Shown here in pieces: positions 11,365-21,136 of a stretch of DNA of 64,000 nucleotides (positions are counted from its first letter, which is position 1; every line of letters begins with the position of its first letter). The notes under the pieces are model-generated. The model did no database searches and was not told where the DNA came from. It worked only from the letters and a program-made list of their open reading frames with translations. Both the position numbers and the translations under genes were made by a program. The stretch comes from Chlamydiales bacterium (GTDB lineage: Bacteria > Chlamydiota > Chlamydiia > Chlamydiales > JACKPQ01), in contig JACKPQ010000002.1 of assembly GCA_024233435.1 (NCBI GenBank), positions 320,286-384,285 on the forward strand. Reading direction: 5' to 3'.

Positions 11365-13326
11365 TTGCTGAATACACTATTGTGTAATTCTAACGTTATG
11401 AGTCTTTTTTCACCAAATAAGGATAATAAATTCTCAGGATTATGGGGATCATTGGCTGCGCGCGTGATGGTTGTCGCATTGTGCTTTTTGGTCGTTCCTT
11501 TACTCGTTAGTGGCATTATAAGTTATATACGTGAATATCGGGAAGATTTTAAAGAACTTTATACTCAATTGAAAATTCTTGGGTTGGGTCGCACAACAGT
11601 TCTTAATCAATTCAATCAACTTGAGTACCAATTTCTGGATATGACCGATGAGCTTTTGCGCTTAAAAGCTTCAGAGCCTGGCGTGAGCCCCAATGAGATC
11701 AATTATTATTTAACGAAGATCGCAAAAGAGCAAAATGCAAAAGCCATTTTTGTGTTAACAAAAGATTCAGGTAAATGGACCTGCACCAATGCATCCTTAC
11801 CCTACATGCTCGGCAAGGACTACACGCCTTATGTCGATCAGCAAACGCTTAGTCAAGAACATGCTGCAATGATTCTGTATGACCCGCTTGCACACAGGGG
11901 TTACTACGTAGTGACAAAGCGGATTTTTTCTCCGTCAACAGGTCGAGTTGAAGGGATTTTAGATATCACTTTGTCTAATCAAACGGTGTTAGAACGCATT
12001 GCGCTCATCAAAAAGAACACAGATCCCACGGCTGTATCGTTATTAAATCCTGAAGGCATGGTCTATATAAGTACAAATCCCGATTTGCTCTTCAACCAAT
12101 TCTTGATTGTTGGTGAGCCCTCCGACGGCATTGAAACCGAGGTTAAACCTAAACAAACTATCGAAGTCAAACCTGAAAAGCTAGCTTTTGGAGATCTTCC
12201 TGACAGTTTCATGTTTAAGTTTAACGGTAAGCGGCAAAATGCTGTTATTTTGCCAGTCGAAGGATCAGATCTTAAACTTATGGTTTCTGTGCCATCGGTA
12301 AAATTTTTAGACCATTTTTTAAATCACATTGCTCAAGTCAGCATCACACTTTTGATTGTCCTAATCGTGGGAGGCATCGCTGCTTATTGGCTCACGTATA
12401 AAATGGCGCGTCCTTTTCGCTCTTTGTGCGGAGTGATGGCTTCTGTTGAAGAAGGAAATTTAAATGCACGGTTTGAAGATCAAAAAATGGGTTTTGAAAT
12501 AAACGTTGTGGGGGAGTTTTTTAATAATGCTGTTGAGTCGCTATTAAAGCACATGCATCTAGCAGAAAATGAGCGTGTTGCAAAAGAGACGCTGGCAAAA
12601 GAATTGGATATTGGTAGAGAGGTGCAAAAGTCCATTTTACCAAAACAGGTGCCAGCATTTTCAGATTTAGAGATTGCCAATGGGTTTATTGCCGCCAAAG
12701 AGGTGGGAGGGGATTTTTATGACTTGTTTGTAGTCCAAAAAGAGGGTCAAGACTATCTAATGTGCTCAGTAGCTGATACAGCGGGTAAGGGTATTTCGGC
12801 TTGTTTTTATTCTCTGGGTTTACGCAGCATGTTGCGCAGTTATGGAGCCACCGCAGCACCATTAGATCAGGTTCTTTTACAAACAAACAATGTCTTTTGT
12901 AAAGATACAGGGGATACTGGCGTATTTGTTACAGCTTGGGTAGCCTATCTCGATGAAAAAACCAAGGTACTTACCTTTTCTTCATGTGGTCATCCACCCG
13001 CTTTACTCAAAAGGAAAAATGGAGAGGTGGAAAAACTCACAACTCCCGGAATCGCTCTTGGGGCCTCTTACCTTGATCACATCCCAACAAACCACTCCCA
13101 ATTAGAAGCAGGCGATGTGCTATTGATTTACTCTGATGGGATTACAGAAGCCCACAATGGGCAAAATGAGCTCTATGGAGAGAGTCGATTGATGGAGTAT
13201 CTGAAAAGCCACCCATGCGATCACGCTCAAAAAGTGGTCGACGATCTCTTAGCAGATATTGGCCAGTTTACAACCAATGTTGCCCAGTTCGATGATATGA
13301 CACTGCTTGTGATTAGGGTGATTTAG
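11365..13326 (+). CDS. rsbU: RsbU-like membrane sensor PP2C serine phosphatase
   Basis: 653 aa with an N-terminal TM, a periplasmic-type sensor region, a second TM followed by a HAMP-like segment, and a C-terminal SpoIIE/PP2C domain (GGDFYD ... DGITEA ... DDMTLLV). The track uses a TTG start; the first ATG is at 11398. Confidence 0.88.
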   Translation: MLNTLLCNSNVMSLFSPNKDNKFSGLWGSLAARVMVVALCFLVVPLLVSGIISYIREYREDFKELYTQLKILGLGRTTVLNQFNQLEYQFLDMTDELLRLKASEPGVSPNEINYYLTKIAKEQNAKAIFVLTKDSGKWTCTNASLPYMLGKDYTPYVDQQTLSQEHAAMILYDPLAHRGYYVVTKRIFSPSTGRVEGILDITLSNQTVLERIALIKKNTDPTAVSLLNPEGMVYISTNPDLLFNQFLIVGEPSDGIETEVKPKQTIEVKPEKLAFGDLPDSFMFKFNGKRQNAVILPVEGSDLKLMVSVPSVKFLDHFLNHIAQVSITLLIVLIVGGIAAYWLTYKMARPFRSLCGVMASVEEGNLNARFEDQKMGFEINVVGEFFNNAVESLLKHMHLAENERVAKETLAKELDIGREVQKSILPKQVPAFSDLEIANGFIAAKEVGGDFYDLFVVQKEGQDYLMCSVADTAGKGISACFYSLGLRSMLRSYGATAAPLDQVLLQTNNVFCKDTGDTGVFVTAWVAYLDEKTKVLTFSSCGHPPALLKRKNGEVEKLTTPGIALGASYLDHIPTNHSQLEAGDVLLIYSDGITEAHNGQNELYGESRLMEYLKSHPCDHAQKVVDDLLADIGQFTTNVAQFDDMTLLVIRVI

Positions 13327-13396
13327 CCCGACTTGTCACCCTATTCTTGCGTAAGATGTTTCAGCAAAACACGTAATCTGCGGCGCTTTTCTCCTC

Positions 13397-13418
13397 GCTA
13401 AGGTGGATCCACCTTAGC
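13397..13418. repeat. 22-bp perfect palindrome GCTAAGGTGGATCCACCTTAGC
   Basis: Read directly. It has 11-bp arms and no spacer, lies 71 nt downstream of the rsbU stop, and is followed by TTGTATCTT. It could be a terminator hairpin or a dimeric-protein operator. Confidence 0.5.
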
Positions 13419-13573
13419 TTGTATCTTGATCCCTTCGCTTACCCCCTCTGGCAAAATAGATAGCTAATTCGGGCTATTAATACAGACTTAATATTAAACT
13501 ACCAAAACTTTATTTTTGATTTTTATTTCTTTTAATATTATATAAATCAATATATGGACCAGGAGGACAAAAA

Positions 13574-16500
13574 ATGATAGAAAGAGCAATATTATTCATC
13601 GTCGTCGTTGCCAGCCTTTCCAACAAGGTTTGGGCTCAGACTTGGAATGCCGGAAGCGGCGCATGGAATGTTCCTGCAAATTGGACTCCTGCCGTTATCC
13701 CTAATGGAGCAATAGATGTCACGTTCCCTGAGAATAGCCCTGGGGCCACTTCAACTGTTACAATTCCAGGGGCATATTCTATTCGCAATATGACTTTTAC
13801 TTCAACAACACAAGCCTACATTCTATCTGGAGGAACCCTGTCTGCTACTCCATTAGCTCTGGGTGGAATTAGTGTATCCGTTGGTTCTCCTGCTCATGTT
13901 TTAGATACAAATTTTTCTTTTATCACGACTAATCCTTTTACGATTGACCAGGACTCGACAAATGATTTAACTATTTCTGGGTCAATCGCTGGATCGGTTG
14001 GTATATCGAAGACTGGGACTGGAACTCTTGTATTCTCTGGTGCGACCCCAAGTGTGAATAGTGGTCTTTTTACGATTAATGCAGGACAGGTCACGTTGGA
14101 TAAAACGGCGGGTGTTCAAGCTGTTGGAGGTAATATAACGGTCAATGCGGGGATTTTATTTTGGAACCAATCAGAGCAAATGGCCGACACATCAACTCTG
14201 AGCATAAGTAACGCGTCAACAGTTATTGATCTCAACGGTAATACGGAAACAGTTGGAGCGTTAACAGTTGCAGCAACAGGTGCATATGCTCTTAATGGGA
14301 CTTTGAACTTAGCTGGCGCAGGGACTGTCCTAAGTGTTGCTACATTTAGCCCGACTCTAACTGGTCAGATTAATTTGATTTCTGGAGCTGGGGGTAATGT
14401 TTCAAAAACTGGAGCGGGAACGCTTGGTCTACAGAATGTCGCAGTTCAAAATGGAGCGCACGGCTTTGCTGTTACGACCGGAACTATTGATATCTCTGGT
14501 AAAATCAGCGGTAATGGGGGGATTGTTAAGTCGGGGACTGGCACACTGACTTTTACAGGAACGGAAGTCAATGATTATGATGGTGATACAGTAGTTACTG
14601 CAGGGACTTTGAATCTCAATCATACAGCAGGAGTAGCAATTACAAATGATTGTTTTATTAGCGGAGGTGTTCTGCTTCTTGGCTCAGGCAATCAAATTGC
14701 CGATACTGCGAATGTAACTGTCACATCCGGTTCGTTCAACATGAATTCGATGCCGGAAACGATTAATAGCCTGATATTAGATGGAGGTACTCTCATCAAT
14801 AATGGTGCAGGTTTGACGCTGAATTCTACAGGAACAGCCTTGTCTTTGAGAAACTCATCAATACCTGGACAGATCAATTTAACGGGTGCAACAGGTGGCA
14901 ATGTCATCTTTACTGATACGGGCGGAAACACTGGGACGTTGGCTAACGTCGATTTAGGTTCAGCCAACCGCATCTTTACTGTTGAAGATGTTCCTGCTGC
15001 AGCTGACCTCAATATTACGGGTGTGGTGAGTGGAGCTGGTGGGCTGACTAAAATGGGGTTTGGGCTTTTGCAGTATAGCTCAAATAACTCGAATAGTTAC
15101 ACGGGATTGACGACGGTTTCTGAAGGTACACTTTTATTGATCAAAACAGCGCCTTTTGTTGCTGTCCAAGGCGATATGCTTATCAACGGAGGTACCCTGC
15201 GATTAGGTAGGACAAATCAAATAGCCGATACTTCAAATGTGAAAATCGAGAGCGGAACGTTCGATTTAAATAACTTTAATGAAACTGTGGGTAGTTTGAA
15301 TTATTTGGGGGGATCTTTAATTCAGGGCAGTGCCGTCTTATCCTTGAGTGGAACAGGAACAGCGTTAACCATGAGGGATACTGTGGTTAACGGCACAGTG
15401 AGTTTGACAGGTGCATCAGGAGGTGGAGTTGTTTTTGATAGTAGCAATGGTGGAATGGCTTTTATCAATAATATCTTGCTTGGCAATGTTTCACGGACGT
15501 TTACGGTTGGTGGAGGAAATGACTCAAATGTCAAGATGGCGATATTAAATAGCTCTGGCACTGGAGGAGCTTTAATCAAAGATGGCCCAGGGATTCTAGA
15601 ACTTATTGGCCTTAATACATATACAATTGATAGCGCAAGAGTTGTCAATGGAACCTTAGCTGTCCAAGGGAGTCTTAACGCTCCGGCGCTAATTGTAGAA
15701 CCTGAAGGGGTAGTCAAGGGTTGCGGCACGATCATGGCGGCTGGAACTATTAATGGTACACTAAAGCCGGGTAATTCTATTGGAACGATCAATCTTGTTG
15801 GTGACCAAGTTTTCGGGTCGACCTTTGTGCTGGAAAACGAAATTAATCAAACTGAAACTGATTTAGTTAATATTACGGGAATGCTAACGATTGATCCCGG
15901 AGCGGCTGTTTCAGTTATTCCCCTTATATCAAACTTTACTGTCCCTACTACATATACGATCATACAGACAACTGCAGGTGTTTCAGGGACTTTTTCATCA
16001 GTGAATAACCCTTCTCTTTTTTACTCAAGTTCTCTGATCTACAATCCATTAACGGTTCAATTAACTCTCGACTCGATAGGGTTTTCTCAAATAGTTACAG
16101 CTGGCAATGCGGGCGTGGTAGCCAATTATTTAGACAGTCTCAATATCCAGCCTGGAAGTGATCTAGCAGCGGTTTTCAACGCCTTGCGTCAACTAACAAC
16201 TCAAGAAGCGCTTGAAAATGCCCTTTTTCAGTTACAACCAAGTCCGCTGAAGGGATTAGCGCTTTCTCAAGAAAACAATGCCTTTCAAATTGAGTCTTAT
16301 ATATTGGAGCGGACAAGGCCTAAATGCTGTGTTGATAACCAAAGAGCGAATCTTTGGGTTTTATTTGCTGGAGATCAATACAATCAAAATTCTATTCAAG
16401 AAGAAAAGCCTTTTCAAACGGCTTCTGGGCATGCCTTAATAGGTATTGATCGATATGTTAATGACAGTGCACTTATCGGTATTGCCGGGGGCTATACTTA

Positions 16501-17170
16501 CTCAGATGTGAATTGGGAAAAAATTAAGGACAAGGCGACCATTAATAATGGTACTTTAGCTTTGTATGGTCACGTGAAGACGGATTATATATTTGTCGAT
16601 GGTGCGATTCTTGGAGCATACAATAACTATTGTGAAACACGGAAAGTGCAGTTTTCATCTATTGACCGTACAGTCAAAGGGAACCCACAAGGAGGTCAAA
16701 TACTCACAAGCTTAAGCATTGGCAGCTCATTTTCACATCACAATCTAAATATCAGCCCTTTTTTATCAGGAAAATTTATGTATTTAGGGATGGGAAGCTT
16801 TAAGGAAAGTGGCGGTCAAAGTCTTGATCTAGAAGTAAGAAGCAGTGGGTACTCGCTTTTCCGTGGAGAGCTGGGCTTTAATTTTAATCATTGTTATAAT
16901 TTCCCCAATTTTATTATGGCGGCTGACTTAGATTTAGCATATATTCGAGAACAGCGATTTATAGGAACAAATTTCGACTCAAAGTTTGTTGACTATCCCT
17001 ACTTTACCGTAAAGGGAATGAATCCTTCGCGTAGTGCTTTTTCTCCCGATTTCAATCTCTCAATTTTGTCATGTGAGCGGAGAAAAAGTTTGATGGTTGG
17101 CTATCATGCTGAAATCGGTGGGCGCTACTTCGAACAAAATCTCTATCTTGAGGGAAGTTTTCAGTTCTAA
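13574..17170 (+). CDS. Classical (type Va) autotransporter outer membrane protein
   Basis: 1198 aa. A strong SD (AGGAGG, 13561-13566) precedes a signal peptide (VVVASLSNKVWAQT). The long passenger is made of G/T/N-rich repeats of the form GTGTLxxxG...N.Y.G.T.V..GTL (autotransporter-associated beta-strand repeat type). The ~280-aa C-terminal beta-barrel domain ends in ...EGSFQF, with a terminal Phe. Confidence 0.85.
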   Translation: MIERAILFIVVVASLSNKVWAQTWNAGSGAWNVPANWTPAVIPNGAIDVTFPENSPGATSTVTIPGAYSIRNMTFTSTTQAYILSGGTLSATPLALGGISVSVGSPAHVLDTNFSFITTNPFTIDQDSTNDLTISGSIAGSVGISKTGTGTLVFSGATPSVNSGLFTINAGQVTLDKTAGVQAVGGNITVNAGILFWNQSEQMADTSTLSISNASTVIDLNGNTETVGALTVAATGAYALNGTLNLAGAGTVLSVATFSPTLTGQINLISGAGGNVSKTGAGTLGLQNVAVQNGAHGFAVTTGTIDISGKISGNGGIVKSGTGTLTFTGTEVNDYDGDTVVTAGTLNLNHTAGVAITNDCFISGGVLLLGSGNQIADTANVTVTSGSFNMNSMPETINSLILDGGTLINNGAGLTLNSTGTALSLRNSSIPGQINLTGATGGNVIFTDTGGNTGTLANVDLGSANRIFTVEDVPAAADLNITGVVSGAGGLTKMGFGLLQYSSNNSNSYTGLTTVSEGTLLLIKTAPFVAVQGDMLINGGTLRLGRTNQIADTSNVKIESGTFDLNNFNETVGSLNYLGGSLIQGSAVLSLSGTGTALTMRDTVVNGTVSLTGASGGGVVFDSSNGGMAFINNILLGNVSRTFTVGGGNDSNVKMAILNSSGTGGALIKDGPGILELIGLNTYTIDSARVVNGTLAVQGSLNAPALIVEPEGVVKGCGTIMAAGTINGTLKPGNSIGTINLVGDQVFGSTFVLENEINQTETDLVNITGMLTIDPGAAVSVIPLISNFTVPTTYTIIQTTAGVSGTFSSVNNPSLFYSSSLIYNPLTVQLTLDSIGFSQIVTAGNAGVVANYLDSLNIQPGSDLAAVFNALRQLTTQEALENALFQLQPSPLKGLALSQENNAFQIESYILERTRPKCCVDNQRANLWVLFAGDQYNQNSIQEEKPFQTASGHALIGIDRYVNDSALIGIAGGYTYSDVNWEKIKDKATINNGTLALYGHVKTDYIFVDGAILGAYNNYCETRKVQFSSIDRTVKGNPQGGQILTSLSIGSSFSHHNLNISPFLSGKFMYLGMGSFKESGGQSLDLEVRSSGYSLFRGELGFNFNHCYNFPNFIMAADLDLAYIREQRFIGTNFDSKFVDYPYFTVKGMNPSRSAFSPDFNLSILSCERRKSLMVGYHAEIGGRYFEQNLYLEGSFQF

Positions 17171-17192
17171 CCAAAGTTCTGGGTTTATATCA

Positions 17193-18431
17193 CTAACCTT
17201 TAGGCCATAAGGGTGTTTCTTGCAAACGTTTGATGATGAGCTTTGGATCGAACAGCTGCTCGTTGACTGAGAGCTTTTCTCCCTCTTGTAGGAGGAGGCC
17301 CATCTCTTTACCTGGTTTTATACCAACCTCTTCAAGGTCTTGAGCTTTTAGAATGGGTTTGCGCGAACGAATCCTCTCAATGCACTCTTTCAATCGCTTC
17401 TGACGCTTTTGGTGGATGTCTACAAAAGTTGCTTGGCTTTCAGGATCAAGCTTAAGCGCAGCAAGTTGAAAAGAAATAGAAAAATTGGGTTCAGCGTAGG
17501 TCTTTGACCATTCATAATCATCGAGTTGAGTGTCAATGTAAAGCTGCTTTACATGAGCGTGGTAAGCCTCGACAAAGGCTTTAACTGAGTTGGAAACTTT
17601 GAAGTGATCACAAAGCTTTAGCTTTTCTTCTAGTGAGCTGTTTGGAAATAACTCGAGTAGGCCCGCAATCATTGGCGCATCGATGGGGAAATGGGGGATG
17701 TGCTGGAGTCGCTGGTGGATTGTTTCAATATCCGTGTTCCCAAGTTCTGGAAGAATGACTTGCAGGAGCCCAAGGCGGTGCATGGTAATCAGAGCGATCT
17801 CAAAGTTTGGATAGCGAGCCATTTTTTCAAGCTCCTGCCACAGGCGCTCAACAGCGACGGCATTTAGAAGCTCAGGGGAATGATCTATAATGGCTTGCAG
17901 TGTTGCGCTTTCAATCACAAAGTGAAAACGCGCAGCATAGCGTACGGCGCGCACCATCCGCAGGCGGTCCTCGGCAAAACGATCATGGGGGTTGCCGATT
18001 GCACGTATGACGCCTTCGATGATATCACGTTTCCCATCGACGTAATCATATAGCACATCTGCGAATGGGTCGTAGAACATGCCATTGATGGTGAAATCGC
18101 GTCTTTGAGCATCCTCTTCAGGGCATGCTGGATCGATTCCAACGGGGCGGCGGCCATCGATATAGGCGCGATCGCTTCGGAAGGTCGCCACTTCGAAGGC
18201 ATGCTCTTGAATCACCACAATCACAACGCCAAAATTGACGCCAACCGGGATGGTTTTTTCAAAGAGCTTTGCGACCTCATCAGGCTTGGCAGTCGTTGCG
18301 ATGTCAATATCATCGGAGGGGATTTTCATGAGATGGTCCCTCACCCAGCCACCAGCAAAGTAGGCTGTGTGGCCCGCATCGACAAGTTTTTTTACAACGG
18401 CTTTAGCCGCCTCTAAATGAGCCTTTGACAT
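17193..18431 (-). CDS. cca: CCA-adding tRNA nucleotidyltransferase / poly(A) polymerase family
   Basis: 412 aa with motifs YFAGGWVRD, DDIDIAT and RDFTINGM. Confidence 0.88.
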   Translation of the reverse strand: MSKAHLEAAKAVVKKLVDAGHTAYFAGGWVRDHLMKIPSDDIDIATTAKPDEVAKLFEKTIPVGVNFGVVIVVIQEHAFEVATFRSDRAYIDGRRPVGIDPACPEEDAQRRDFTINGMFYDPFADVLYDYVDGKRDIIEGVIRAIGNPHDRFAEDRLRMVRAVRYAARFHFVIESATLQAIIDHSPELLNAVAVERLWQELEKMARYPNFEIALITMHRLGLLQVILPELGNTDIETIHQRLQHIPHFPIDAPMIAGLLELFPNSSLEEKLKLCDHFKVSNSVKAFVEAYHAHVKQLYIDTQLDDYEWSKTYAEPNFSISFQLAALKLDPESQATFVDIHQKRQKRLKECIERIRSRKPILKAQDLEEVGIKPGKEMGLLLQEGEKLSVNEQLFDPKLIIKRLQETPLWPKG

Positions 18432-18509
18432 GATTCCCCCAGTATACAGCTGAAGGTATCCCCAAGTAAATTTAAAAAAAGCTAACTCGGAGAGTTTAAA
18501 ACCTGTCGA

Positions 18510-18788
18510 TTAGCCTTTTTTTCTAGTCTTGGTTTTTTTCTTCTCGCTAACGAGTGCATTGTAAACGAATGCAATGGCAAGGCCAAAAATCGCGCCGTCA
18601 AAAAATCCCCAAATACCTCCGATGATCCCACCTAGAAATGTAGGTTCATAGCCGATGTAGATAGAAGACATGACTCTGACGTAAAGCTCGCCCCAGCCTA
18701 GAGCTGCACACCAGCCTGCTAATAAAGACGCAGCGCCCCAAACGATGCCTAGCGCCAAACAAAACTTCCACAAATTAAACTTATTCAT
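18510..18788 (-). CDS. Small integral membrane protein (2-3 TM), hypothetical
   Basis: 92 aa with G/A/I-rich hydrophobic segments and a basic tail KKKTKTRKKG. Confidence 0.5.
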   Translation of the reverse strand: MNKFNLWKFCLALGIVWGAASLLAGWCAALGWGELYVRVMSSIYIGYEPTFLGGIIGGIWGFFDGAIFGLAIAFVYNALVSEKKKTKTRKKG

Positions 18789-18949
18789 TTTAAATCCTTA
18801 ATTTTGCTCTCAATTTACAAATAAACTATTTTGATAATTAATTCAAATTTATGTGAAATTATACCGAATGGGCCTCAACAATTGGTATGCCTTGACGAAA
18901 AAAATATATACACGTACCGTTATCAAAACTTTGAGATTCGGAGGCCAGA

Positions 18950-19423
18950 GTGAAGAAAGTTTTGCTGTCTATTGTATGTCTATTCGCATCCGTAGGTTTT
19001 TCTGTGGAGTATAAGGACCTGCCATTTACAAATCAGGATCGAGACAATATTCATAAGCTTGTAAAAACTTTAGCAACAAAAGAGTGGTACTCTCTTTTAA
19101 GACGAAAAAGTGAAATGGAAAATCTTGGAGAAAAGATTAAAAAATCCGTTCATCCGTTGCCTTTTATGGCGTGTATTCTTAAAGATTATGAACGCAAACA
19201 GTATCTCTATGAGATTCGCGAGTATACTTTCATGACAAGACCTGTAAAATGGACGCCTTTCAAAGAAGGTCTATTTAACCGGTTAGAGCATATGCATGCA
19301 CATAATAGACTCATTTCGTGCATTCCAGGCTTTGCGAAAGACCTGGGCGTCCATCCCGATCCCCTTATTCAGTACGCACAGGCTCAAAACTGGAATAAAT
19401 TCTTAGAATATATTATGCCTTGA
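18950..19423 (+). CDS. Hypothetical secreted protein, paralogue A
   Basis: 157 aa with a GTG start 5 nt after GGAGG and a signal peptide (LLSIVCLFASVGFS). It shares the ...NRLEHMHA....IP.FAKDLG..PD... block with the next ORF. Confidence 0.6.
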   Translation: MKKVLLSIVCLFASVGFSVEYKDLPFTNQDRDNIHKLVKTLATKEWYSLLRRKSEMENLGEKIKKSVHPLPFMACILKDYERKQYLYEIREYTFMTRPVKWTPFKEGLFNRLEHMHAHNRLISCIPGFAKDLGVHPDPLIQYAQAQNWNKFLEYIMP

Positions 19424-19426
19424 GAT

Positions 19427-19867
19427 ATGAAGAACTGCTTTTTATTCGTGATAGTATCGGCTCTTTGCATAAAAGCGCATGCAGTAGAGAGGCTTGTTGA
19501 GGGTGATCGCCAAAAAATCGAGCATATGATTAAGCCGCTTGCTTCGTGGTCTCTTATTCGGCTTGGAATCAATCGCAAAGAAATTGAAAGGCGGGGTGAG
19601 GCTACATCGGGAATTCCGGTCATGCAGGCTCTTAGCTATTTATTTTCTGTCGACGGGTGTCGTGCTGACATGGAAGTGGTAAGAAAAAGCTCTTTAAAAT
19701 GGAATAGTTTGGCTAAAGGCTATGCAGATCGCTTGGAGCATGAACACTCAATCGGTGCACTATTGCCAGTGATTGATGACTTTGCAAAAGAGCTTGGTGC
19801 CGACCCAAGTCTTTTGCGCTCATTAGTTGAAAAGGGCGATTTTGTCGGGTTGTTTAACGCTCTTTAA
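19427..19867 (+). CDS. Hypothetical secreted protein, paralogue B
   Basis: 146 aa starting 3 nt after the stop of paralogue A, with a signal peptide (FLFVIVSALCIKAHA). It is collinear with paralogue A (DRLEHEHS...LPVIDDFAKELGADP). Confidence 0.6.
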   Translation: MKNCFLFVIVSALCIKAHAVERLVEGDRQKIEHMIKPLASWSLIRLGINRKEIERRGEATSGIPVMQALSYLFSVDGCRADMEVVRKSSLKWNSLAKGYADRLEHEHSIGALLPVIDDFAKELGADPSLLRSLVEKGDFVGLFNAL

Positions 19868-21136
19868 GAAAGTCTCAGGTGTAACAATTAATGCGTTTTT
19901 CTTAGCTTGCAGATAACGCGCGTTCCCTTTTTCCCAAGCGGGTATTCCTTTTAGCAACTGCTCAAGAGACGTTGCGGCATTTGCTTTGGTTTCAGAGTGG
20001 ATCATGATCTGCCCTTCCATCAGCGCAAGCAATTCCATTGAGGTAATTCCACCAGATCGAGTGATGGAGGCATCTGCGCGCGCAAAAAGTGGAGCAATCA
20101 CAGCATCATCTTGGTATGTTAATGGAACAATGGATAGGTTTTTTGGAAACTCCGGCAGACTGATAATGGATTGACATAGGCGCCCAAGAAGGCTGCTTGC
20201 TAGGTTGTGCTGCTTGCGGCAGAAGACAAATAAAACATCATGCAGATCATTGGGGTGATTTTGTTTAAATCGGATGTATTCTTGGACATAATTGAGGGTT
20301 GCTTTTTCAGCTGGACGTGAGCCTAACATAAGCAATGCAAGGTGGGCATGTGCAGGGATTGTGATGTCAAGGTATGGTGGGCAGTAGTCACACTCAATGG
20401 TGCCTTTGCTCAGAACGGGCTTAATGCATTCCCAGGTTTCGGTTGTTGGAATACGAGCAGCAATGGAGAGTTCTTTGTGTTTTGGCAGTGGCTCATCGAA
20501 GCTTTTAAAGGTTGGGCGTAGCGGGAAATCTGCATAGATAATATTTGCAAGTGGTAAGTTGGTATGATTTTTCCAAAAAAGCTCCTCACTAGCATGCGAT
20601 TCTAGTAGGGGCTCTGTTGTATATAAATGGATGAGTGAGCGTTCTTTTTCGCTTAAGTTTTTTATTGGTTTAAAGTAGTGCGTGGCTTTATCGGTTGGGA
20701 GATCAACGAGCACTTTTTCATACCGAATTTGTCGGTTTTGGATCGCTTGAGCAAGCCGCACTGCTTTGATGATCGCTGATGTGCAAAGGGGTTGTGTGTC
20801 AATGATGTAATCGATATGCTCTTTTAAGATAAGAAAAAAGAGGCGAATGAAAACTGGAACGCGAAAAAGGACATCGAATTTTGATTGCCACCACACGAGT
20901 ATTTTTTGAATGCTAACTTTGCCTTTTGCTTGAGCAAAATTCCAAAACCCAGCAAATAAGCTTCCAGGGTGTTTACCAATCCAGTCAAGCAAGAGATCGC
21001 GCTGAATCACTGCGATATGGGGCTGGTGTGTGTGCAGTTCATGGGCTTTAGCAGCAGTTGCTTGTAAATGGCCTCCGCCCCCTGAACATGTGATTAACAG
21101 ACACTTCTTGTATGGGAGCTTTTCTGCCACAGGCAC
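19823..21136 (-). CDS. GT-B glycosyltransferase, MGDG-synthase/MurG-like (GT28-type), putative
   Basis: 437 aa with an N-terminal CSGGGGHLQATAAKA motif (G-rich loop plus His) and a C-terminal ITRSGGITSMELLA motif, both typical of GT28-type enzymes. The GTG start overlaps the rho stop by 1 nt. Confidence 0.5.
   Translation of the reverse strand: MPVAEKLPYKKCLLITCSGGGGHLQATAAKAHELHTHQPHIAVIQRDLLLDWIGKHPGSLFAGFWNFAQAKGKVSIQKILVWWQSKFDVLFRVPVFIRLFFLILKEHIDYIIDTQPLCTSAIIKAVRLAQAIQNRQIRYEKVLVDLPTDKATHYFKPIKNLSEKERSLIHLYTTEPLLESHASEELFWKNHTNLPLANIIYADFPLRPTFKSFDEPLPKHKELSIAARIPTTETWECIKPVLSKGTIECDYCPPYLDITIPAHAHLALLMLGSRPAEKATLNYVQEYIRFKQNHPNDLHDVLFVFCRKQHNLASSLLGRLCQSIISLPEFPKNLSIVPLTYQDDAVIAPLFARADASITRSGGITSMELLALMEGQIMIHSETKANAATSLEQLLKGIPAWEKGNARYLQAKKNALIVTPETFLKSVKQPDKIALFN

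Noticed and set aside
13460-13476. A 17-nt motif ATAGCTAATTCGGGCTA whose reverse complement matches 1695-1711 (TAGCCCGACTTAGCTAT) at 16/17 positions, plus an 11-nt partial copy at 13324-13334. I considered it as a MITE terminus or shared operator upstream of trkA / the J-domain gene and the autotransporter.
   Set aside because: By rough arithmetic, several 16/17 matches are expected by chance among all position pairs in 64 kb. Only the intergenic location makes it notable. The flanks do not align, so there is no evidence for a mobile element. It is worth a genome-wide motif count, but I do not claim it.
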